From assembly GCA_009103225.1 (NCBI GenBank), contig RHPI01001921.1, positions 122,719 to 186,718 of the forward strand: a stretch of DNA of 64,000 nucleotides, read 5' to 3'. This document shows, one piece after another, positions 1 through 9,991 of the stretch (the first letter of the stretch is position 1; every line of letters begins with the position of its first letter). A program made the translations under genes and the position numbers. The stretch is from Chlorokybus atmophyticus (lineage: Eukaryota > Plantae > Mesostigma and Chlorokybus algae). The notes below the pieces were generated by a model. That model saw nothing but the letters and a program-made list of their open reading frames with translations, did not search any database and was not told the origin of the DNA.

Positions 1-585
1 TTAGGTTGAGCCGTATACAAGGTATGTCTCATGTAAAAATACGTACAAGAAGTATACATAAATGACGTCACTTGTAATAGCCTCTCATGAGACCGCAGAA
101 TGATTGACAGCCCCGACCAAACGTTGTGTCCAACCAGCCAGTAAATACCTACGTTAGTGCCGCAATGCGGTTTTGATATTAATATCGTGTAAACGTATAT
201 ATACACTTATATGGTATAAATACTATAAATACTATATACACGAATGCTTACATATATACACATGCAGATGTGTGTATGCGCACGCAAGCAGGATGTTGAC
301 AACCCCTAACAAGGTTACATACTCATAGACAACCCCCAACAAAGCATTGTAGTTAACAAACCTTGGCAGCCGCCAAAATGCGGCTGTCTGTGTCATCAAT
401 AATGACCTAAAATAACGTAATACCGTTGATTAATACTGGTACAGCCTATGCACATTGATAGCGCATGCCTATGGGCCTGTCAAGTCACAACGCCGACTTC
501 TGTGCAAGTTCCCGCCGCCGACAGTCGCCAAGCGGCCGTCGGTACAATCTATAACGCAAGTACTACAGAGACCTTGCCGGTACGT

Positions 586-658
586 GCACATGTAGCTTAG
601 TGGTTAGCGTGTCGTGTTTGTACTACAAAGGTCTTGGGTTCGATTCTCGGTGCACGCA
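586..658 (+). pseudogene. tRNA-like sequence (degenerate tRNA or tRNA-derived SINE head)
   Basis: A box TAGCTTAGTGG and B box GGTTCGATTC at tRNA spacing, with a TGT triplet in the anticodon-loop position. Acceptor and anticodon stems pair poorly. Confidence 0.55.
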
Positions 659-2072
659 TGTGTTCTTGACTAATCATTTCTAAGACACCGCGGCCTCGTG
701 CGCTGCAACCTGCGGCCCCGCAGGCCGGGCGTGGCCGGTACCGTTGGCTCAAGATAGAGCACTTTTTCGTCATTTGCAATTACATCTGATGCTTATGAAT
801 TAGTAATGCGGTCGATGGTCCGGTGGCCGGACCAGTAATGATGTAAAGTACATTTGCATGATTAATTAAGTCCCTGGTCCGCTGGCTCGTACCTGGTCCT
901 GACGCGACCGTAAACCGGCCGGACCAGACATGATGCGACCCCAAAAAATTATGGGACCGTTCACGTGAGGTTTGGACCATGCATGTCCGACTGTCAATGA
1001 CAACCGGACCATACATAATCCACCGATTTCACTAAGCAGGGCAAAATCCTGGCCCAAAGGCACGGACCATTCATGGTCCTTTAACGTCAAGCGGTGTGGC
1101 TGCCTCCATCCACATGCTACATCAACAACCACTGTACTACTAGTTTGAGTCACTGTTGCCGCCTGTTGTAACAGCAGGAGAAGAGTTTGCAGCACATCAA
1201 CGTACATGTTGCACACCATCGAAACGATGGTGTTATGTAGATGCACCAGGGCATCATACATGTCATCATCAACCATCTCCTACTCTTGATTGATATCGCG
1301 CAGAGCTTGGTTATGTCGTCGTAACAATAGCAGCGCCATGCGTAGCAGACCAACCAGCGCCCTCACATCTGCACATCGACACTGAGCGTTAACCCTATCA
1401 TGAAATCCCGTGTACTCACACACTAACTACTTTGCGTATACACAGTGGCACACCCTTTGACGCTACCTAACAATTACACATCTCTGCACACACACGCACA
1501 GCAATACGCATACCCACTTGCAGCAAACTTCGCAATGCACCCAAGAGACGTTGATAAGCAGCCAGCCAGTCAGCCATCAAGCCCAATTACCTGCCATATC
1601 GCCCACACTCTCTCGTTGCAACAACAGCAGCCAGCAGGCGAAAGTCAGACGCCGCCTGCTGCCTCCTGGTGGCCAGCCTTGCCAACCTAACACACGCCAC
1701 CACCCGCATGCACGCCGCCGCCGCCATCGATGCCGCCGCCGCCGCCGCCACCGCTATTGCTACCGCCGCCCTGCTTCCAAGACGGCGGGAACAATGGCAT
1801 GCTCATTGCGGAAACTTCCGCCAATCAGGTTCGTTCAACTGCCGAGGTACGGTCATTACGCAGCTCGAGAGCCTGGTTAAAATGTTGCTAAAAACTAAGT
1901 CCACGTTGGCGTTCGCTGACGCCACGTGGAAGCCAGCTCAACCATGAAACGAGTTGCTTTGCGTATGTCTGACCGGCTGAATGCGTTTTGCGAGATAAAT
2001 TCGGGCCGCGGGGTGCCCCGCGCTCAAAATTACCCAGTCAAACGCCCGAGCGCTCCATGTCTGCACGGGCTC

Positions 2073-2260
2073 TTAACTGATCCACTCTACCATGTAACGC
2101 TAATTGATTACACGCTATAATTACTGCATTATCAAACATGATCAACAGCCGCAAGGCATGCCGCCACTACTCACCCTCGTTTTAACTGATCCACTCTGCC
2201 ATGTAACGCTAATTGATTACACGCTATAGTTACTGCGTTATTAAACTTGGTCAACAGCCG
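2073..2260. repeat. Two tandem copies (period about 109 bp) of a dispersed repeat also present at 51655-51758
   Basis: TTAACTGATCCACTCT...AACGCTAATTGATTACACGCTATA...CAACAGCCG occurs twice here and once near 51.7 kb. Confidence 0.85.
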
Positions 2261-2482
2261 AAAAAAAAAGTAATCTTGTGTTGGATTGGGCTCCTAAAGG
2301 CTCAATGTTCACATGTTCAAACCCTTGCGGGCGTTTGGTGACGGGGGCCGGGGCGGGGTGGAAGGGCGGCGGCAGTCTCGACGATTACCTCGTAGTATCA
2401 TGGCCTGTTCTGTATCAATGAGTAACCGAGCAGCCATCCGTTGATGCCAAAAGGTTGAAAATGCCATGCCAAAAATAAAGTG

Positions 2483-2555
2483 CGACCGCGATGGGACTCG
2501 AACCCACAATCTCCCGCTCCGGAGGCGAGCGCCTTATCCATTAGGCCACGCGGTC
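2483..2555 (-). tRNA. trnR-CCG: tRNA-Arg (anticodon CCG)
   Basis: Reverse complement GACCGCGTGGCCTAATGGATAAGGCGCTCGCCTCCGGAGCGGGAGATTGTGGGTTCGAGTCCCATCGCGGTCG folds into a cloverleaf with a 7-bp acceptor stem GACCGCG/CGCGGTC and a CCG anticodon. A T-run Pol III terminator follows. Confidence 0.96.
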
Positions 2556-3866
2556 ATTTCATCACCGCAACCTGTAAGCGCATACTTATGGAGCGTGTAT
2601 ATGTTAACAAAGTTGCTGTATGTTTCAACTTAGAGATAAAAATGCCACTATTTGAAATTTCCAACATCGTACACCTTGAGTGAAAGCATGTGAAGATACG
2701 CTGTTTCCCATTTATAAATTGACCAAAAATTTTCATGTTATAAGCGCAATATGCTTACACTCATTTATAAAAAGGTGCTGCGGATAGATGCCAATGAGAA
2801 TTGTATGATCCAACAATAACAAGCCTTATAATCATAGAACATGATATAAAATGCACAATGTCACTTGTGTCATTCATAATACACAATCGATGTAGCTGAT
2901 GCCGTAATTCCAACTGACTCTTCACAATTTAAAATTATAAAATTACGCATTATACCAGGGGACGTTACAATAGCTGATGAGAATCATGATAATTGTTGGG
3001 TATACCATACATCATGGTACACTACATTTTCAATCGATCATTTGGCAGATAAACTTGCCGCAACAGTTGCGCAACATATAAGGTTGTTACAATATTATAT
3101 TCGGTGTTATAGCTTGTAATATCATCATGTGTAATGCACCATTGCTTAAACATATCCACATGAAATGGGACAGTATCCATGTTTATTATTGTGAAATTAC
3201 ATCAATTACATCATGTGATAATGGGCAAGCTGCTTGGGTTATGTAATCAATATAACGAAGTTATTACTCATATTAAAATGCTAAAAACACACACCTAATG
3301 TGCGCTCTTCTTGTTGTTGATGTTTAATCTATTCAAACATTAACATAATTGCTGATCATTTATACCTATCACCAATTATCATATTTCACATTTGGTTGCT
3401 ACTTGGTACATTGCCCCTCCTGCAACCCAATTGCGCATGCCCATGATAAACATGGGGTGACCCTATGCTGTAAGTGTCGCTCACAAAATGTCTATCATGC
3501 TCGGAGTTGATCACGTGGCCGGATGGTGTCTGCCTCTGACATCACGCTTTCTGACGGACTTGCAAGACCGATATCGCTGCACGGCATGGGCGATATCGCG
3601 CGCACGGGTCAAGCAGAGCAGCAGTCAGGCTGCTAAATGAGGCGCCGTGCAGGCAGGCTTGTGCGCCACCACCAGGACGGTCACAGCGGCGGCGGCGGCG
3701 GCGGCGGAGGTAGTGGATGCTGCTAGATGATGAGGCCGGATCATCTGCAAGTCTGCTGGCCGCTTCAGGGCTGGCGGTGTCAGGTGCGCCGGGTGGTAGA
3801 AGGACGACTCTAGCCTGCTCTGGTCCGTTCTAGTCTGGACCTGGTGGGCTGGGGTAGCCGGCAGCC

Positions 3867-4101
3867 ATGCCGCCGTCAAAGATCAACACGTCTTCGGGCG
3901 ATAGCGACGGTCCGTCCTCCACCGACGCCTCTCCCAAGTCTCCCGCCAGCCACAATCCTAAGCGCAACTCCCACCCCTCCTCACCAAGTAAGCGACACCA
4001 CCACACACATTGCCTTAAAGTGGTCGAACCCGCTGTCCCATACTGTTATGTATCGTAGTAACTACACATCTGATCACGACCCAACAAGCTTCTCTATCAA
4101 T

Positions 4102-4141
<40 letters not shown>

Positions 4142-7100
4142 CCACCATCACGGTGGGCGTAAGGCTTGCCTTCGGTTCCTCACTTGTCCCAATCTCAAAT
4201 ACAAAGTCCCCTCTTCTCACCCTGGTGCATTCTGCTCCTTTTTGCGTTGGGTGTGTGTCTTGTGGTGTGCGTGCGTGACGTGCGTGTAGCAGGGCGGGCC
4301 AACGGCAGCGGGGCGGGCGGGAGCAGCGGCGTGGGCACCCCAACCGCGGCGGCCGCATCCAAGATGTCTTCGACAACAACCAAATCACCGAGCCGCAACC
4401 ACCTGCGCGCATCGTTGTCAACCAACAGCGCAACCGTCAAAGCTGGCAAAGAGTCGCGAACACACTCGGGTAGGTGTTGGATTGGTAGGGAAGAGAGAGA
4501 TGGGGTTGAGATCAGTGGTGGGCATGTGTATCAACTTCACTTTACAGAGGCGGATGTGCTAAGTCGGGTGGCTTCGCATGCCGCGGAGTGCAGGCTTGGC
4601 ATCTCACATGATGGCGATGGGGATGGCGACACATATGGTAGGCAATTACCCACGCTCGCACACAGGCGGACACGGATGAATGAACACGCATACATTCGCA
4701 CGCACGCGCGCATGCATTAGTACGTAAATGGTTGGCGCTTTGGCGCATGCCACACATCCCAAACCCCCACGCACCCATGCATACACGCACAGGCACGCAC
4801 ATGTGCACGCGCATGCATCAGTCTGCAACACGGTTGACAGTCTGAGTATGTATACGACACCTGTCTCTTGTGCGCCAAGCATTGATTATACATTGTGATC
4901 GGCACAGGCTCCTCGTTGCCATCAAGTCCTTCGTCCAAGGGCAAGACCAAGAGCAGAAGCCTCAAAAAGGACGCCAGCACGCTCTCGCCCAGGTAACAAT
5001 GAATCTGACTGTCCTATATGACTGTGCTGTGCTTGCAGACGTCCAGTTTGTAGAGTTCAGCATATGCACACAATCAACACTGTGCACACGTACAGGTCAC
5101 GTGATGAGGGCGGGCACTCAAGCACCTCTGCCAGCATTGGTAAGGCAGTGTGCTTATGAAGGTTGTACTCATTGCAGAACCAACAGAAAAGGAGACAACA
5201 TATTCATGTCAGGTGACCTGAGCCATAAGTGGGGTGAGTTGGGCGCGTCCGACACGCTGAGCACGTGGGCTTCAGATCTCTCCAACGGTGGCTGCGACTG
5301 GGGTCCATCTGAAGTGATTCGTCCCGCGTGTTCTGCGCCGGCGGGCGAGAGCCTCTTCTGCGTGGAGGACGAGAACGCCACTGCCTCCGTCGAGAGCGTC
5401 ATCAAGTGTTTCACCATCACGGACCCAACGTTGGCGGACAACCCGTGCGTGTACGCTTCCCCCGGGTTTGAAGCTCTCACGGGTTACACGTGCGAGGAGT
5501 TGGCGGGCCGCAACCTCAACTTCATGCAAGGTGCTGAGACCGAGCCTATTGCTGTGGCCGAGCTTCGTGCTGCCGTGGTTGAGAGAAGACCTGCACATGT
5601 GGAGATCACAAACTACCGTAAGGACGGGACCGCGTGGACCAACTTATTGTTTGTCGTGCCCGTCATCGACACCGCCACGGGCTCGGTTGTACGCTTCGTG
5701 GGATGCCACTTTGACTCGTCACGCGGGAAGAACAACAACAACAACAACAAGGACGAGGGCCGCATCGCACGTCTACAAGAGTCTGTCTCACGCCACGTGT
5801 CGGCCTTCGCTCTCTCCGACACAACACGGCCAGGTTGTCCCGTCACGACCATTAGCCCGGGCTTCGAGTCCCTCACCGGCTTTGCGTGTGCGGATGTTAC
5901 AACGGGACAGTTGGATTGTCTTTGCGTGCGTGCGCCCGCATCATCGGCTTTGCCGGGTGGCTCGGGTGCTGCTGCTGCACTCGCAGCTATAAAGGCAGCG
6001 GTCGGGGCAGGAAGAGCGGGAGGGGAGAAAGTCCTGTGCTGCAGAAAGGATGGCAACCCGTGCTGGCTGTACGTAACGGTGGCTCCAATGGTTGACGGGT
6101 ACGCGTGTGTGTGTGTGCGTGCGTGCGTGTGGGGTTGTGATTGTGGGTGTGCGTACGTGGGATTGCATGCGTGTGTGCATGCATGTTACTAACATGCATC
6201 AGGAGTACTGACGTGTGTGTGTGTGTGTCTGCCAGGTTGTGCATGTTAGTGTGATTCACTCATGGGGAATGCTCTCAGGGTGGAGACTTGGAAGGTCACG
6301 CGGCACCTGTGCATGTACGCGGATGTGACGTCCACGCGCCAGAAGCGCGTGGGGAAGTATCTCTTGGGGCGGGTCGTTGGCAAAGGAGCGAGCGGGACCG
6401 TCCATGTTGGCCGAAACACGCACACGTACGTAGTGTTTATCTCACATGCCAATGGTATGGCACGTGCCACGTACGCCAAGCAAAACCTTGAGTTGACTCC
6501 ACAGCAACGAGACGGTGGCTATCAAGGTTATAGACGCCTCGCGCTTCCGCAACGTTTCAGAGATAGATCAGATCAACGACGAGGTGTGCGCTTACAGATA
6601 CAGATATGTACACATGCATGCACGTGCACGTGCACACACACGCACACATACACACACATGTATGCAACTGTTCTGCGCAGATCCGGATACTGGAAACCAT
6701 CAAGCACCAGAACATCATTGGGCTGCTTGAGGTGAGTGGATACTCTGAGCGATTGTGACAAGCAAGCGTGATGACACTTCCATATGCGTGTGCAGCTGGT
6801 GTACACAAATCAGACGTTCTACTTTGTCATGGACTATGCTTCGGGCGGTTCATTGATGTCCCACATTCAGAAGCAGCCACTGAAGGTAAGAGAGAAGTGT
6901 ATGCTTTGTGCCCACGCATGCATGGTTGTGACATGCTCGTGTGTGCATGCTGTCACATTGCAGAGGCTGTCGGAAGGCGAGGCCAGGCGCGTGTTTCTCC
7001 AAATAGTGTCTGCGTTGGACTTTTGCCACCGTCGATTGATCGTTCACAGAGACTTGAAGGTGAGAGAACCAAATCAGCAACCTCACTACTTGCAATGCTT

Positions 7101-8342
7101 TGGGTCACATCCACCATGGTTGTTGGGTTGTGTTTGACCACTCCATCACAGCCGGAGAACCTGCTAATGGACAGCAACGGCGACGTCAAGATTGCGGATT
7201 TCGGGCTCAGCGCCATCATATCACCTTTTGGAGCGTCGCTCGATGTCGCGTGCGGTACTCCCGAGTTCACTGCACCCGAGATTATCGCTGGCAAGGAGTA
7301 AGTGTGATCCTCATGGCATGTCACGTGTACGTGGACACATAATTTTCTAGTTGACACTCCTTTCTGTGCTCCAGGTATGATGGTCCTGCGATTGATCTCT
7401 GGTCTCTGGGTGTGATCCTGTTCGAGCTGATTGCTGGAAGGCTGCCGTTCCCACAGAGCATGCAGAACGGCCTCTACAAAGCCATCTGCGCCGGCGTGTA
7501 CACGCCTCCCGATTTCATGTGCGTGACACTCGCACTGACCGGGCAGTAAAGCTGTTGCCAGAATTCGTTCATACCGGTAGTAATGTTAGTGTTTGTCTCT
7601 CAGGTCACCAGAGTGCAAGTCGCTGATTTCCAGGCTACTAACAGTGGACCCGCTGAAGAGAGCCACACTGCTCGAGATACGCTCGCATCCCTGGTACGTG
7701 CACGTTGTGGGTGTGCGCACTGATATACAACATCCCCACAAAGGTGAACAGCTCGGGATGCAGTCACTTCAACTCTGGAGCATCATCCTCTGCTTGTGTC
7801 TTGACTCAACTCAGGTGCAACAAAACGGGTGACGATGATGCGGTGGCTGTGCCATCCGCCGAGGACGACGCTCGCCTGCACAGGGAAGCCAACTTCAATG
7901 ACGCGCCCGCCAGCAGCGCTGAGGTGTGCATGCGCATCTGCGTGTCCATGTGCATATGCGTGAGTGTGCGCGTGTACCTTAGAGGCTGCTGTGTTGTTGA
8001 TGAGCAGGATGCGCTTACCGGCAAGTACCAGCATCTAACCATCAGGGTTGGCAATGGCGAGACATCGGAGGACAAGTTTGAGACCACCAGCGCACGCAAC
8101 TCCCCACACGGTATGGCTCTAGGCCTTGAGAGTGTTGTATCATACGGCTTGTATGTGCTGCTACAAGTCACGCTTATGTGGTGATAGAACCCAAGAAGGG
8201 CACTCCCAAAGCCAAGAACCACCTAGCAAGCACAATGCCGAATGCCGCTGCATCTTTCAAGCATGGGAGCCCCAAGCCAAGCTCCCACACTCCAACGCAC
8301 AAGAAGCACTCTGACTTCCAGTTGCCGCCAGCCCAATACTAA
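3867..8342 (+). CDS. Multi-exon PAS/LOV-PAS/LOV-Ser/Thr protein kinase (CAMK group, CIPK/SnRK-like kinase domain)
   Basis: LOV1 5407-5715 (FTITDP...NP.VYASPGF..LTGY..EE..GRNLNFMQG...NYRKDG). A degenerate LOV2 starts at about 5803. Intron 6099-6278 joins it in frame to ...RHLCMYADVT STRQKRVGKYLLGRVVGKGASGTV. Kinase motifs VAIK, HRDLKPEN, DFG, CGTPEFTAPE, IDLWSLGVILF and DPLKRATLLEIRSHPW lie in successive exons; stop TAA at 8340-8342. The start codon and 5' exons are less certain. Confidence 0.85.
4102..4140. repeat. (ATC)n microsatellite in an intron
   Basis: About 13 direct ATC units. Confidence 0.9.
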
Positions 8343-8892
8343 CGGGCTTGAAGTACCAATTGCAACATGTAGAGAAAGAGGCTCCTTTGCCATCGTGCGC
8401 TGTTCGTGTGCATATCATAAAAAGGGATACACATTGCGCTTGATGAAGCCAAGTTGTAGTGAGTTGATTCAATGAGGTTATCATGTAGTTGAGTAAATGG
8501 CAAGGGAACTACATCACTATTTGATAATTACATTATCTATCATAAAGTCTTTAAGTAGTTCTTGCAAATTATGCTCGTGTGCAAGTCGAATATATAGCTA
8601 TCAAGCTTTGCCTATCATTGCGGGTATAAAGAACGGACTTGCTAAGTTGTGCATTTGCGAGCTGGTACCGCCAAGTACACAACTAACCAACGCGACAACG
8701 ATGATGACGACGATGTTGGCGCATTGCGCTTTACATGCGCATGCTTGGAGTGTGCAAGTATAATGGCATTATACAAAAACTTGATGCAAAACCGGTACAA
8801 TTGTATTTAACTGCATCGTTGCGTTTTAACCGTCACTGTTGAAATGCATAGTAATATTACAGTTGTTGATCATTACTAGTATAAGTGTCAAG

Positions 8893-9197
<305 letters not shown>

Positions 9198-9991
9198 NAA
9201 GTTCATCCACTTATGCAACCTTTAAAATCAGCATTGCAGCATATATATTGCCGTAATGCATTGAAAATGTATTCATACCTTCACAAATGGTTGCAGTTTG
9301 TGTCTGGTGTGATATGACATGATGCCTTTTTTTTGAGAGTTATAACATAAGCAATTTGATGCAAAATCATTGTGTTGGTAACATTACAACGCAGAGAATG
9401 TTTCATGTAATTCTATGCACTTGATGAACAAGGATCCCCTTCAGGCGTTAGTCCTTAACCCAGCCTTCGTTAGCTTCCCCCACCTGTCACTGAACCCCTT
9501 TCGAGCGTCCCATCAATGTGTTGTCCTCGTCATACGCCACGTGGCAACCGAACGACGTCGACATCGCACGTGACTTCGAGCGCGACGTGACCGTCGACAA
9601 CGGACAGCTACACTGCGCGATTCCAGCCGTCGGCGGTCGACGGTCCGCGAACCTGCAGTCTTTTTTGGGCTTGTGTGTGGCTTTCTCTCATAGCAGCAGA
9701 CACGTTTGACCGGAGTGTGAATGCGTGTGTCTGTGCGTGTGTGTGTGTCTCTGTATACGCTTAGCAGCCCAGCCCCACACCGTCGCCCACGCAGAGGCGC
9801 CTGAGGAGGAGCAGGAGGAGGAGGGAGCGAAGGTGGGAAAGAGGGTGGAGAGAGCAGAAGGGAGAATAGAGGAGGGGAGAAGGGCACAGTAGTGTGTCTG
9901 GGTGGACGACGGGGTGAGGGGAGGGGCTGAGGGAGGTGTATACATTGTAAGGGTGAGTTGTGTGTGTGTGTTGCTGGGTGTTGGGGTTGGG

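Noticed and set aside
3867-8342. Calling this gene phototropin
   Set aside because: Neither LOV has NCRFLQ, the kinase has DFG rather than DFD, there is no AGC-VIII insert and no J-alpha linker.
9420-9495. Possible C/D box snoRNA (TGATGA ... CTGA)
   Set aside because: No terminal stem or recognisable rRNA guide; the short motifs are expected by chance.
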